Origin: Eledone cirrhosa
Taxonomy: Eukaryota
DNA: 64,000 bases
Direction: 5' to 3'
Assembly: GCA_964016885.1 (NCBI GenBank)
Contig: OZ024741.1
Location: 313,720,001 to 313,784,000, forward strand
In this document: positions 26,853 to 42,197 of the stretch, in pieces
Layout of the letters: each line of letters opens with the position of its first letter
Position numbering within the stretch: the first letter of the stretch is position 1
The notes under the pieces: generated by a model
Told to the model about the DNA's origin: nothing
Seen by the model: the letters and a program-made list of their open reading frames with translations, nothing else
The model's database searches: none
Translations under genes and position numbers: made by a program

Positions 26853-27945
26853 CTAATAGGAATCGCTTGTGAGGACAATGACAGCTATGTACAGTGGTGC
26901 TGTCAGTAAAGTGACAATAGAAATGGAGTTTAGTGAGCAATTCCAGATACAAGTAGGTGTACATCAAGGTTCGCTCCTCAGCCCAATCTCTTTCATTATA
27001 GTCCTCCAAGCCATAACAGTGGACTTTAATACTGGCTGCCCATGATTCTATCAGGGAAATGGCCATGTTAGATATATGGAAAAGGAACTGGCATAAATTC
27101 CATAAAATGTACACAATGCTGATCTTGGAGACACAATAGATGTAGTGGGATAGCAGGCAAACTAACAGGTAGGGAAAACTACGTATGCAATAGATGTACA
27201 GGGAAATTTGGCAGTAGTAATCACTGTGATAGACTCATTTTTCCAATGCAGGTGGGTTTTATAGAAGTGGTTGATAGCTTCCGGTACCCAGATGATCAGA
27301 TACGCATATCAGCTTAGATGGCGATATATATTTACTTGCGTCCTGTTTTGTTTCATGGGGAAACTACAGTAGTTTTCCGATAAGCATGGGAGGAGGGTGT
27401 TCGGCGTCCATATTATCGAGAATAAGGACGGGTTGGAAGAAGTTTATGGAGCTTCTTCCTCTGTTGACAAAGGAGCGTTTCTCCATGCGTACAAAGGGAC
27501 GGTTATATGATACATGTGTGAGATGCGACGATGCTGCATGGTAGTTAGAAATGGACACAACTGCTGAAGATATGCGACGGCTGGAGAGAAATAAAGCAAC
27601 TATGTTCCGTTGGATGTGCAGTTTTAATGTCTGTGAACGACCAAGCATAGACGAGTTGACAAGTAAACTGGGTATAAGAGGGATAAGTTGTAGTCTCAGG
27701 AGAGAACGCTGAGATGGTATGAAGATATGATGTGCATGGAGGATGAGCGCTGGGTGAAGAAGTGCCAGGAAGTCCAAGTGGAGGGAAGACGCAGTAGAGG
27801 TAGACCACGAAGAACATGGGCGGAGCTGGTGAAACTCACCAAGGAGATGACAAAGGTACGTGACAAGTGGGGAGGGGTGATGTGCTGAATACAGCCCGTC
27901 CAACCATTGCAAGCTGGGAAAAGCTAGCGGAAAAATGAAAATAAA
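26853..27945 (+). mobile_element. RTE-type LINE fragment, rearranged duplicated copy
   Basis: Homologous to 4172-5310, interrupted at about 27305-27375 by intron-unit sequence. Confidence 0.7.
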
Positions 27946-28002
27946 TAAAAATGCATGTGAAGAAAATACAATTTGGCAAATATATTTTTGTTTGTGTGTA
28001 TG

Positions 28003-28036
<34 letters not shown>

Positions 28037-28911
28037 AGTGTGTATGTGAATGTGTTGTGTGTGTGTGTGTGTTTATTTCAAAGTAAAATTGTCGCAAATA
28101 AATATCGTAGTAACTGATAAAATATTATGGTGTAAATTTGAAGGTTTATATATGTTGTTTCTTATGGTATTGTTTGTTTCTTTTATTATGTTGTATATAT
28201 ATATTATATGTATATATATTATATTTATATATATGTATGTATGTATATATGTATGTATGTATATATGTGTCTGTGTATGTGTGTATGTATGAATTTATAA
28301 ATATATATATAACATATTAATATACAGTATATATTATATATATGTAAAAGGTAAACAGAAATAACATTTAATCTGTACAGTATATGGAAGGGATATATTA
28401 GGTTAACGTTTGATATAGCACGAATAGGGTCTCAGCATTTTGGACACTACTCCTTCATTAGAAGAAAGAATGAGAAATAAAATAGATTGAGGGGACAGTT
28501 GAGTTGGAATTGGGAAAATGTCATCAGATAAAAATAACAGTTTCATTTATGTTGACATCTCTTGCAGTGTCTGTGAGTATGTGTGTGAGTGTGTGTATAT
28601 TTAAATGTAAGAATGTCACAATTACATATCGTGGTAACTGGTAGAATATGGTAAGATTTGGAATGATTATATATGTTATTTTTCTTATAATATTGTTTGT
28701 TACTTTCATAATGTTTTTTAACATTGCATTTAACTGAACTAAAAATCCATGTATATTTTATAGAGGATCTATATCATTTTCATTAAATATATAAGTTAAT
28801 ATGTTTATCACAAGAACAATATAATCTGAAAATTTGTATGAAATTGTATCATTGATATATGTTTGGAAATAATGATATCTTCAACGTTATCATATATATT
28901 GACAGTTTTAG

Positions 28912-29046
28912 AATGCCCAGTAGGATCGTTTGGTGTTGCTTGTGAAGAGACCTGCCATTGTATCAACAATATTAACTGTGACCAGCGAAATGGAACATGT
29001 TCAGATGGATGTTCTGCAGGTTATATTGGTGTCAATTGCCAAGAAG
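28912..29046 (+). CDS. EGF-like repeat exon 7 (class C)
   Basis: ttttag|...|gtatct. CPVGSFGVACEETCHCINNINCDQRNGTCSDGCSAGYIGVNCQE. Confidence 0.85.
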
Positions 29047-30061
29047 GTATCTCATAAAATTGTTACGTACTTACTATACACACACACACTCACGCACACA
29101 CATATACACACACTTATCTATTCATATATATATTTAATTATATATAAAAAATTATATATACCGTATATGCCGGTGTGAAAGTAGATCCGCTGAATATGTC
29201 GATGATTACTGTACACACACACAGATAAACACACACACATATATATATATATACATACACACACACATATATATATGTATATATACATTTATACACATAC
29301 CGTATATGCCGGTTTAAAAGTTGATCCGCTGCATAAGTCGACCCATCAAATGTTGTGGTGTAATTCAGGTTGAGGCCTATATACGCCGGTTGAGACGACA
29401 CCCCAGGTATAAGGCATTACCATCTCCCCATCCGTAGATATGATTGCCGTTGTTTATTTGCACAAAATATAAAATATGGAAATATACACTACATAGTTGT
29501 AAAATAGAAATGCATGTGAGTAAAGTACAATTTGTAAAATTTAATTTTCAGTTAACAAAAAGATTTAACTGAACGGCTTTATTAGTAAACAACATGCTAC
29601 CACACCGTCACTTGATATGCGCTAATTTTCAAAACCTAAATATTCCTTATCCAATGTGTATCAGCATTACATTGCGATATATTTTTATTTCGACCTGTTT
29701 GTTTCGTGGGGAAATCACAGCAGATTTTCCAACAGTTTAGATAATTCAGTGAATCAGTATACCATTAATCTTATAACTATGATATTCATGATAATATTAT
29801 ATCTATTTTGGAAGGATTATATATGTTGTTTTTCTAATAATATTGTTTGTTTCTTTTATAATGTTATTAACATTGCATTTAACTGAACTAAAAATCCATC
29901 TATAATTTATAGCTGATCTATATAATATTCAATATTTCTACAAGTTAATTTGTTTATCCCAAGACCACTTTAATCTTGAAATTTGGTAGAAAATGGTATC
30001 ATTGATATATGTATATAATTAATGATATCTTCAACTTTATCATATATATTGATATTTTTAG

Positions 30062-30196
30062 AATGCCGAGAAGGAAGGTTTGGTGTTGCTTGTAATGGGA
30101 CATGCCATTGTATCAACAACATGAACTGTGACAACCGAAATGGAAGATGTTTAGATGGATGTTCTGCAGGTTATACTGGTGACAATTGCCAAGAAG
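30062..30196 (+). CDS. EGF-like repeat exon 8 (class D)
   Basis: tttttag|...|gtacct. CREGRFGVACNGTCHCINNMNCDNRNGRCLDGCSAGYTGDNCQE. Confidence 0.85.
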
Positions 30197-30391
30197 GTAC
30201 CTCATAACAATGTTATGTACTTATTAGACACACAAACACACACTTACATATTCACACACACAGACACACAGACACACAGACACAAATACACATACACACA
30301 CAGTCACCCACAAACACACCCGCACACACACACACAAATAAACATATTCATATATATATAAAAATATATACATATATATATATATATATAT

Positions 30392-33300
30392 GGGGTAACA
30401 AGTTATCGTTATAGGTAATCCAGTTAGATGTTGTGAGTACTCTGAGTCGTGGATAGTTTTAACGTACGGCTTTGCTTAACTCAACAAGATGTGTCCATAG
30501 TTAGGGAGCGAGTTCGCGGTAATTCCTATGTAGGTTATACTTGGAGTAATAATAGTGAAAGTATGAAGAGTAACATGGTTGGCTGTGCAACAAGGGGTTT
30601 TATGTCAGTTATTGACAATTGTTTTATTGGTCAGGTGAGTCTAGAGATCGCTAAACTCTCGGAGTTGCGTCACTCGATTTCTATTACATTATTTACTTCC
30701 GACCAACTCCTCAGAATACAAAAACAATTCACTCAAGGCAAGATATATAGAGAGAAATAGCGTATAATCAAAACAATAACATCAATAATAAAATATATAT
30801 GATAAATAGGAAGAGACGTTACAGATGTAAAATGTAAAAAGGGTAGGTAAAAAAGTAAGAAAATGGAAAAAATATAAACAAATAAGGATAAGTTAGATCA
30901 TGTAAGTACAGAATATTATAGTGGTGGTAGAGAGTCTGATCTAGTGACAGATAAAAGAAAAAGCATAAATTAGAGATTAATTGGGAGGTACTAGTATGAG
31001 ATGTAAGGGTAAGGGTGTATGGTGAAGGGAGGTTTGACAAATGAGTGTAGTAAATATTTTGCAGATTGTCCTGTCTTAATGGGTTTGATGCTGTTTCAGG
31101 AGAGCGGGTGAAATAGATGTTCAGATATTTATGATCTAGTGACAAGTTGGTTGTTTGGCTGCTAAGAGTGGTGTGATGGTGTCTATTCCATACTTTGAAA
31201 TTCTGGTGGTTCAGTTCTAAATTTGGTATTGTTGGCTCGAATCACGGTGGTTTAACACTTGTGAACTTGGTAGCTATTTTATTCCTACAGAAATTTGATC
31301 TTTCTATTTTGCTGTTAAGCAGCATCTTATCGTACCTTAACATATGGAATAGCTCCATATTACAAAGTCTGCAGTGGGACATTTCATTTCTGTTAGCCCT
31401 TGCTTTTGATATTCTGATCAGCTAATCCCATATTCCTGGTTTGTGTTTTTAAGCTGCAAGATTTTATTGGCGAGCGTCGTAGAATTATCCAGTCTACGCT
31501 TCTTCATGGAGTGTCTGTGGGCGTACGACCATTGTTTTTAACTCCCCAGCCGTGGAACCTATGTAGTGCCAAGTAGAGTTCCCTGAATTTACAGTACACA
31601 GGTACACCCTACTCGAATCCACGCATCTATTTTGCAGTGTGCACTTATCCGGTAGGTGGCAATTACAGTTGGAGGCTTTTCTTTGTGCTGCTTCTCCGTT
31701 GCGGTTTTGTATGTTCGTTGTGGGTGGTTTGATATTTAGGCCTATTAGTGTTTTCTTGTGATGCGCCCTAGTGTATGTGTGGTTGGGATGTTATGTGTTT
31801 GCGTTTTGTATTTGGTGCTATGATGTATATTGGTAGGTTATTTTCTTTAGAGATGTTTTTGTGGTTGATTTTACGTATGTGGATTTTACCATGTTGGTTG
31901 CAGTAGAGTAAGATTGTTTGATAGTTCTTCTATTAAATATCTATGGTATTTGAGTAGTTTAACAAAGTGTTTGTCTATTAGCTTAAATAATATAGAAGGT
32001 AGTTTGGTTTTTATAGAGGACTTGAATATTGGATTGAACCATAGGTATTTTCTATCTCTGGATCTTCTATAGTTCTAAGGTGTCCTTATATTAGTGTTCG
32101 GTTTAATTATTTTTGGTGCTAGTTATCTACTTCTATGCTTAGTCCTATGCTTGTTATTTCTATAGGTGTGGGTAGTGTAGTTGTCGTTAGGTTTGTTACT
32201 GTTGTCCCTATCTGGTATGTTCTCCAACCCCTCTTTACGTCCTGCCTTATGTAAAGCCATGTTACAATAGTTTGCGTGTTCGTTAAACATATCTAGGGTA
32301 TAAGATAGGCGTGATATCCTAATGGATATACTATGTGCTATGGAGTTAATTATGGATCGGGGGTGGTTTGAGTTATAACTAATGTTGTTAGATTCTCGTT
32401 ATTTTTATGGAAGGGCTCTATTAATCCTGTGATTAGGTTGAGTGTTACATCTAATATGTTTGATTTTTTAGAATTACGTTCGAACGTGATAGCTAGGATT
32501 AGTTTGTTGAAGAAGACTCTGATGATTTTTCGTAATTATTACATGTTTTGATTATTTAAGTTTTTGGCTAAAAGGAATCTGTCGTCTCTATAAATTTATC
32601 CCTCGAGGTTATTGAATTCCTTATGTAAGTTGTGCGCTATATATATTCCCACGAATTCCGTTACCTGTTCCGAGTCGTTAGATCCCATTGTGATTTTGAA
32701 GATATTCTGTCTGTTCTTTCGTTCCCAGGAACTATTTTCGAATCTAATGATAATGCTCCTAGCAGGTTTTTTATTTTAATTTCGTCCGAGGTAAGGTAGG
32801 AATTTTTCTAGGCAAAGGTTAGCGCTTTATCTGGGGTGACTGGGTATATGGATGAGTAGTAGACATCAATGTCGAACTGTACGAAGTTGGATGTTTCTCT
32901 ACTGTAGATTTTGCTGAACCAGTCTATTGCTTTGTTAGTGTTACCCCATAGCTTAATTACTAGTTCATCCTTGATTTGTGCGATTACACTATTAATCTAA
33001 TTGCGGGGTCTATTTCGAAATTATATTTGTGATCCTTTAGGTTAAATGTGGGGTTACACGGGGTTAGAGGCTTGGTTCTATCAGATATTTTCAGTTTGTA
33101 GAATGCTAAGTCCTTCTTTAATAATGCTAGTGAGTGCAGATTCTGTTGTTTGTATTTGTTGTGCAGTTCACGACGTATACAATTATTGTATGTATTAAGG
33201 CTCGTGGTGTATATGCTTCATATTTTGTCCGCTTTTACTATAATACCGTTGGTGTTGCGTAGTTCTTTTAGAAGTGTATTGATGTCGTTTTGCAATTTGT

Positions 33301-34100
33301 TGTGATGTGTCCGTACTTTGAATTTGGTTGCACCTATCATGTTCATGATGTCGAGTTCGAAGGCATCGAGCTGGGGGTTATTTGGGGAATTTTTCCAGGA
33401 TTTCAATCCGTATTTTTTCCTAGTAAATTCCTGCGTGTTATTAGCGTGTCCTTTATCGTAATGATAGGCCTTCCATCGGATTCGACGGATGAAGTCAATA
33501 ATCCTTGTTTGTATGTATAGGTATTTTTTTCAATGACATACCTATGTGGTGCTTTTCCATTTTAGTGCCGTGCGTTAAAATTGTTGCTCAAACTAGTGGG
33601 AGCTGGGTATATGGGGTAACAAGTTAGAGGTTAAGAGTACACTGCGTCGCGGATAGTTTTAACGTACGGCTTTATTTAACTCAACAAGATGTTTCAATAG
33701 TTAGGTTCAATAGTTTCAATAGATCGCGGTAATTCCTATGTAGGTTATACTTGGAGTAATAATAGGGGCAGAATGAAGAGTAACATGGTTGGCTGTGCAA
33801 CAAGGGACTTTTTATGTTTCGAATATGACTTTTCATGTTAGCAATAAACCCACCACAGAATCCTTATACGAACAACACTTACTCACCACCACCACTATCA
33901 TACTCTGTACTTACATGGTTTCACTTATCCTTATTACTTTATATTTTCCCATTTTCTTACTTTTTTACTGTATTTTTTTTTATCTTTTACTTTTAACATT
34001 TTACTTCTGTAACCTCTCTACCAATATATCATATATATTTTATTATTGATGTTATTGTTTTGATTTACGCTATTTCTCTCTATATATCTTGCCTTGAGAG
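30392..34100 (-). mobile_element. Penelope-like family 1, near full-length but degenerate
   Basis: pLTR copies at 30392 and 33612 with an inverted tail at about 33830-34100. IYRDD at about 32580, VY...WHYIGST at about 31560-31610 and IIVKADK. Confidence 0.8.
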
Positions 34101-34296
34101 GACTTTTTTTGTTTAATATAAGGAACTGTTTCATTGTTTTATTCATTATTTTTTTTATATTTTATCTTGACTCTGTATTCAGTTTACCTTTCACCGAAAG
34201 TGATTTTTGAATGCATCTCTTCTTTCCATGATATCCGGATTACATTGAGTTCTTCATACGGATTGGACACTACCGTAAACTCTTGGTAGATTTATC

Positions 34297-34348
<52 letters not shown>

Positions 34349-34566
34349 TGTACACAGATTCATACATACATATACTGATATATACGGATATATATGAAGG
34401 ATATGCGATAAAGTAATACAACAAGAATAATAGTAATAAAAAAAAGCATATATATTCCATATATAATCATCAGCACACATCCCCATGAGATGCACATACA
34501 CACATACATGTATGCACAAATACACATACACGCATATAGACGCCCACATATGCATGAACCCGAACC

Positions 34567-34620
<54 letters not shown>

Positions 34621-34788
34621 TATACACACACTTAACCACCCACAAAACCACTTACTAATACGTGGCTATTCGTACATACGCACACATACATAGACACATA
34701 TATATATATATATAAAATTAAATGTTGCTCTGATACTTGCATAGAGCACTCTTCACTATGACCTTTTCTGTTTTCAACGGAAATTTCA

Positions 34789-34825
<37 letters not shown>

Positions 34826-35389
34826 TATATACACACATGTATATATATATACACACATACAGTCACTTTCCGCCACATATTTACATACATGCACATGTCT
34901 GCACATCCACGCGCGTATAAGCTCAGGCACCAATGCCCATACACACAGCCCAGCACCCACCCACGTATATATATATATATATATATACATACACATCTAC
35001 ACACACACGCGTACATATACCTATGCACACGTCCACACATAAAAGCCCGCGAATCTAAACAATATGATAATAAAATAAAATAAATTTATAAATTTACAAT
35101 ATTTTAGGGTACACTAAAATCTGTATGTAACTGCATAAATAGGTACAAGAAAAAAAGGGGTAAAATAAAAAAAACGGGTAAAACAAAAAAACGGGGGAAA
35201 GGTACAGGAGTAGGGTCCGGTGTCCATATGATATACTACACACAGGTATTACAGGTATTATGAGATGCAAACTTGTGTCCGTGTATAGAACAAGTAACAG
35301 TAACAGAACAATAATAGAACAATAATGGTAGTAATAATCACTGTTCCAAAGTGGAATAGGTGGAGAGTATATAGTCACGATTGACGGGG

Positions 35390-36160
35390 TACACATTCAA
35401 TGTGACGCCCGTCCCGGTCGCCATGAGGCGTGGCTCCGTGGATGGGGTGTGCTGTTCTATATGTTTTTAGTGCACACGACCCAGCGGCACTGGGCCCAAT
35501 GTCAGCCGGTCCCGGCCCATGCGGTGTAACTTCCAATGTTGTGTGCCCGCTCAACTGCGAACCTGGTTTACATAGGTTTGCCTCACGGGGCGTACACCGC
35601 CATCATGGCATGGCGTCAGGTCTCCTAATCCCGTTGGTTCAATCGGGTCTGTGCGTGCTCGTTCCCATGCACCCTGTCTGCGTCACCCGGCCGATTCCAT
35701 GCTGCAAATGTGCATATGCTCTGGTATCCGCATGTCATGGTAATTTCAGACTTCAGGTTGACGGCGTCATCCTTCAGTCTGACTATCTCCATGGCCTCGT
35801 GTAGGCACAATCGGCACTTTCTACTTCCGACCGAATATGCCCTCGCGTGGCGAACGATACTCCATTCCCGGGCATACGGAGTGCCGTGGTCTTTCAGGTC
35901 CCCCACCAGGTCCGCTAACCTAGTGGAGTGCCGTTTGCTACGGTCCCTGAAGGAATTTGAGTGATTATACATCGGCGATTTAAAGGTCGTGGATGTTGCG
36001 CCGATATAGGTTCGATGCACATTTTGGATTGTAACCACACACTTGTATATTAAGTCTGTTATCAAGCATCTTCACTGTAGGGGCACCGGGTGCCCGCTCT
36101 ACAGTTGTACGTTCTGCTGTCAGTTCTTGTGCGTCCGACCTCCGGGCCCCGATCTATTAT
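35390..36160 (-). mobile_element. Penelope-like GIY-YIG endonuclease fragment
   Basis: ORF 35625-36065: LIYKC...TYIGATSTTFK...CRLCLHE. Confidence 0.75.
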
Positions 36161-36937
36161 GACCCTCTCAAGGTTCTCAGGGTGTTGTTCCACCGACACT
36201 GTGTGAATGCATAAATATGTATGTGTCTGCATGTGTGTGTGTTTATGTGTGTATATTTGTATGTGTGGGTGCTTACTTTGAAGTGGGAACAGACGTGTGA
36301 ACTACTGAACCCAGCATGACTCCATCGAAAAGTGTCGGACGGAAAATGGCTGATGAACCATGTCGCAGCAGATACTGACCAGAACTTGTGATGACGTGGG
36401 GTAAAAATAGCCATTGGCATGACACGAGTGGAAGTAGGGTTTTTTTAGGGTGTTTTTTTATGATAACACCCCAGTGATGAAGTTTGCTCCAGACGAAACA
36501 CCCGTGTCTGAAAGAACCCGCAGAAGTAGAATCAGCCAGATCCATACAAGGACCATATCTCGAGCTACCTGCCAGCGAAACAATTGTAACACGCAATAAA
36601 TTAAGTCCAGATGCATCACTGATTTTAGTTTTCTTTATACTATCTACACTCTACTCTGATGAATATCAAGTGCTAAATTTGGCATACCGTCTATGGAAGG
36701 ACCATAGCTATCATTATACACGACTATATATATATTCGTGTGTGCGTGTGTGTCTGTTTTTATTTACATGTAAGAATGACGCAAACACTTATCGTAGTAA
36801 CTGTTAGAATATGATAATATTTGGAACGATTATATATAATTTTTTCTTATAATACTGTTTGTTACTTTCATAATGTTTTCAACATTGCATTTAACTGAAC
36901 TAAAAATCCATGTATGTTTTATAGAGAATCGTTATAA

Positions 36938-37586
36938 TCTATGTATATAAAACTGAGGATGTCTGTATATGTGTGTGTGTGTGCCTGTGAGTTTTAATCC
37001 CTAAAGCTCCAGAACTACCGAGCCTATTGTTTTCAAAGTTTAGATGTGTATTACTTATGGTTCAGGGAGTGTTATGCACATAAAATTCAACTTTTTTGTT
37101 CCCCTAGGACACGCATTAGGAGAAAAAGTGCATTTTATTTCAGATTTTAGGTGTATTTTGAGGCGTTACATCAGACCGATTTTCTTGAAATTGTAACTAT
37201 GTATTAGTCAATCTCCTCTTCATACCGGGAGTAAGGAAAATCCAACTTTTGTATTGCCTGTGGCCCGCATTAGTTGAGAAACTACATTTTTTCAGCATTT
37301 TAGGGATTTTTTGAGGCGTTACGTCTAGCCTAATTTCCCGAAACTTCAAGGCATATTATGCAGATAAAATCAATTCATTTTCTTGATCCCCTAGGGCCAG
37401 CATTAGGTGAAAACCTGCTTTTTTCCTGCTTCATGAAGGATAATCTTAAAGATTATCCAGCATTCAGAGTATTCGGTTTATTTTCTTTACATATTGTCCA
37501 GGCATTCAGTTTTTCCATGATTAAGTCTGTTGGCGGCCCGCGTTCCAAAATACATTATCCCGTGCCACGCCAGGGGCCACTGCTAG
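36938..37586 (+). mobile_element. Non-autonomous Helitron, copy 3
   Basis: TCTATGTATATAAAAC...ccactgCTAG|tgttcaat. Confidence 0.8.
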
Positions 37587-37722
37587 TGTTCAATAAATAT
37601 ACACGTTCATTTCTTTATCACAAGACCACTTTAATCGTAACATTTTGTATAAAATCGTATCATTGATATATGTATGTAATTAATGATATATGCAACATTA
37701 TCACATATAGTGATATTTTTAG

Positions 37723-37857
37723 AATACCGAACAGCAGCGTTTGGTGTTGCTTGTAATGAGACATGCCATTGTATCAACAGCATAAACTGTGCCAAGCGAA
37801 ATGGAACATGTTCAGATGGATGTTCTGCAGATTATACTGTTGTCAATTGCCAAGAAG
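37723..37857 (+). pseudogene. EGF-like exon 9 (class B), donor GT>AT and first Cys>Tyr
   Basis: YRTAAFGVACNETCHCINSINCAKRNGTCSDGCSADYTVVNCQE followed by atatct. Confidence 0.75.
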
Positions 37858-37949
37858 ATATCTCATAAAATTGTTGCGTACTTACTAAACACACACACAC
37901 ACACTACACACACCCACACATACCCCCACCACACACACACACAAATACA

Positions 37950-38006
<57 letters not shown>

Positions 38007-38062
38007 TCACAACCACATACTCACAACCACATATACACACACACACACACATACACACACAT

Positions 38063-38263
<201 letters not shown>

Positions 38264-38269
38264 TATATA

Positions 38270-40765
38270 TAGTTATACTTGAGGAGGGTAATATTGTTGT
38301 AATAATGCTGCCAGAAATAATAACAGACACATTCACTCGTTGGTTGGTTTTCGCTTTGTATCTTTTATATCTCCATAGTTAATTAATTCGGCAATCAGTG
38401 TTTATCATTGATTCACCAACGGTCAAACATACATATATAAATACATATATATAGTCTAACATCAGCAACATCATCAGTGGTACTATTACGTATCCCCCCT
38501 GTTGTATTGCAAGTCTATGCAATTTTGATTTAATCTGTTTATTTATTTATTTTTATTTATTTTTGTATTCGTCCCTGTGCATGCGTTTGCGTGTGTGTAT
38601 AGTGTTTGGTGTGTGTGTTCGCCTTTGGGTGACTGTGTTTTGGTTATTGTATTCTATCTTAGTTTATTAGTGTGTCTTTATATGTGTTTCTTGTTATTGC
38701 ACTTGTGTATTTATTCATTTCTTTATTCATTATTCATTTATATTTCTCTTAAGTCAGTATTGTTTGTTTGGGTGTTGTTATACCATTAATTTTTTTCACT
38801 TTAGCTTTGTCTTTTATAAGCTCTCTTTCGCTTGCTTTTCTGATTTGGCTACTTGCTGGCTCATTTCTATGTTTAGATATTATTTGAATTTCTATGTTGT
38901 CTATGTTACCGTCTTGTTGTTGTCTGGCATGTTCGTAGGTACTGAACATTTTTTTTGTTCTTTTTATTCCCCCCACTGTTGGTCTATTCCTTCTCCTATG
39001 CATCGAGCTGTCTCGTCTATGTATGGTGTTGTTATGTTCCTGCAAGTAGCCTCTGTACATCTTAAGCTATAGACTACGTTTATAGTTTTACAGTTTATCT
39101 GGAGGTTTACTTTACATATGGCACATTTCTTATTAGTACAGTGGGTTTTCTTAAAAGGGTGTGTTTTGCTGATCAGGGATTCCATGGTAGTTACTGGTTT
39201 TTCTAAGGGCCTTTCTACATTGGTTAGCTAATTTCCCTCCAGGGGTAGCGTCCACGAAAATGACACTCTGGTATCTCTGGTTGTGGTACCATGAGGTGGC
39301 TTTGCCTATCTTATGTTTAGTCCTATCTAAGCTATTCCATGATTTGCTCCTGTATAATGGGCAAATTCCTTTCATGTCCAGTTCTATGAGGGTCTAAATA
39401 CTTCTCAGTGTTTCCTTTGTATACTCTGATTCTGTCTCTTTGATTGTAGCCAGAGTAATGCCTGCGCTTTATGAAATGTTGGATGTGTCTTTCCATTTCC
39501 TTTGGGTCGCACATGCGGGACACGTTCTTCATCACTCGTACCAAGTCTGCGATCAGAATATTAAATTGAGCACTACTGAACATTGCTGAGATTTTGAGTA
39601 ACAGGTATTTGGAGGCCATGGGTTTAGCGTAGTGTGAGTGGGGAATGTGGGACCTCTCATATATAGTGTTAATCCAGAATTCTGTGTCTAATTCAGGTAA
39701 TTTATTATTAGGGTGATAGGAAGGGTATTCAACAGTTACAGTTATACTCTGGTGTTATGAGTTAGCTATCTGCTGGGTTATTTCTATTGTGCTATATTTT
39801 AATTTATATTCCTTAGTACACTCTTGTGGCAGTGTCCTTATTACTATATTAATATTATCTACGTAAGGAGAGTACAGGATGAGGTCTATGGAGCACTCGT
39901 CAAGGAGATCTTTGAGTCTCAATTCCCACCAATCCATAAAAAGGCTGACAACATCACCAGCTATGCTGATCCAAATGGCTGCTGCCTCATTTTGGGCGTA
40001 GATCTTGGCGTTGAATTTGAATATATAGCCCTTTAGTGTAGTTTTAATACTAGCCCCATTGCATGCGCTACCATTTTTCTTACCTGATCATTTTTGGGGG
40101 GTGTTGGTATGGCTTTTGTCCACCCAATTCACCCTGCCATGGGAGTCTTTTTTGCCATTGAGGTTATGGTGGAGGGGTCTACCTCTTACGGGTTTACTAG
40201 GGCAGAAACGGCTAAGAACAGTGCTGGCTAGGTACTCGGTGCCATAGGTAAATCTAAGTAGGAGGCCCAGTTCATCTGTGTCGACGTCACAGACCCCAAC
40301 CTCACTCTCACTGATTATCGCCACACATGTTTCCACAACAAAATCAATATTAATGGATGGGTATAATATGACAACGTCCATACTGCGTATTATGCAGTTA
40401 GATAGGTTTTTGTTTTTGTTGCACTCATTTATTCTGCTGTGGAGGTCTTCTGTACTGTCACATAAATCCGAGGACATCTTGATTATGGGGCGTATAACCA
40501 CTGAGAGGAACTAGGAGATCCTGTAGTTCCTAGCGATATTGGCTCCGCATACAAGTCTTGTTAGTGGTCCTGTCGACGGGTCGTCGAGTATCCTATGGTC
40601 TTTGAAGAGCACATATAAGGGTGGTATGTCTTGTTAGACGCGTGGATGTTATTAGCAGTGGGTGTGCTTGGCTTTAGGATGTCGGTCCTCATCATCATGC
40701 GAGCGTTGACGATCTCCTCTCACCCCTCATGAGTTTGTTGTGTAATTTCGCCTGGCGATATATTA
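38270..40765 (-). mobile_element. Penelope-like family 2, second copy
   Basis: Colinear with 24320-26360. DVVILYPSI, YVDN and NVVY...PYIDET. Confidence 0.75.
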
Positions 40766-40781
40766 GTGTGTGTTGGTGTGT

Positions 40782-40851
<70 letters not shown>

Positions 40852-41764
40852 GTGTGTGTGTGTGTATGTGTGTGTCTGTGTGTGTGTGTGTGTTTATTTC
40901 AATGAAAAAATGTCGCAAATACATATCGTAGTAACTGATAAAATATGGTGTAAATTTGAAGGTTTATATATGTTGTTTCTTCTGGTTTTGTTTGTTTCTT
41001 TCATTATGTTATATATATATATAATATATGTATATATATGTATGCAATATATGTATATGTATGTATGTATATATATGTATGCAATATATGTATGTATGTA
41101 TGTATGCATGTATGTATGTAATTGTGTGTGTATGTGTGTATTTATCCATTTATATATATATATACATATATATATATACAGTATATATTATATATATGTA
41201 AAAGGTATACAGAAATGACAAGACAATCGGTACAGTATATGGAAGGGATAGATTAGGTTAACGTTTGATATAGCAGGAATAGGGTCTCGGCATTGGACAC
41301 TAGTCCTTCATTAGCAGAAAGAATGAGAAATAAAATATATTGATGGGACGGTTGGGTTGGAATTGGAAAAAATGTCCTCAGATGTAAATAACATGTTCAT
41401 TTATGTTGACATCTCTTGCAGTGTGTGTGTGTGTATGTGTGTGCCTGTGTGTTTATTTAAATGTAAAAATGTCGCAATTACATATCGTGGTAACTGGTAG
41501 AATATGGTAATATTTGGAACGATTATATATCATTTTTTTCTTATAATATTGTTTGTTTCTTTCATACTGTTTTTTAACATTGCATTTAACTGAACTAAGA
41601 ATCCATGTATATTTTAGAGAGGATCGATATAATATTCAATAAATATGTTCATTTGTTTATCACAAGAACAATATCATCTGAAAATTTCGTTTGAAATTGT
41701 ATCATTGCTATCTGTATGTAATTAAGGATATCTTAAAAATCATCATATATATCGATAGATTTAA

Positions 41765-41899
41765 AATTCCCAGTAGGAACGTTTGGTGTTTCTTGTAAAG
41801 AGACCTGCCATTGTATCATCAATATTAACTGTGACCAGCGAAATGGAACATGTTCAGATCGATGTTCTGCAGGTTATATTGGTGTCAATTGCCAAGAAG
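41765..41899 (+). pseudogene. EGF-like exon 10 (class C), acceptor AG>AA and first Cys>Phe
   Basis: gatttaa|AA TTC CCA GTA. FPVGTFGVSCKETCHCIININCDQRNGTCSDRCSAGYIGVNCQE, donor intact. Confidence 0.7.
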
Positions 41900-41928
41900 G
41901 TATCTCATAAAAAGTTACTTCCTTACTA

Positions 41929-42197
<269 letters not shown>

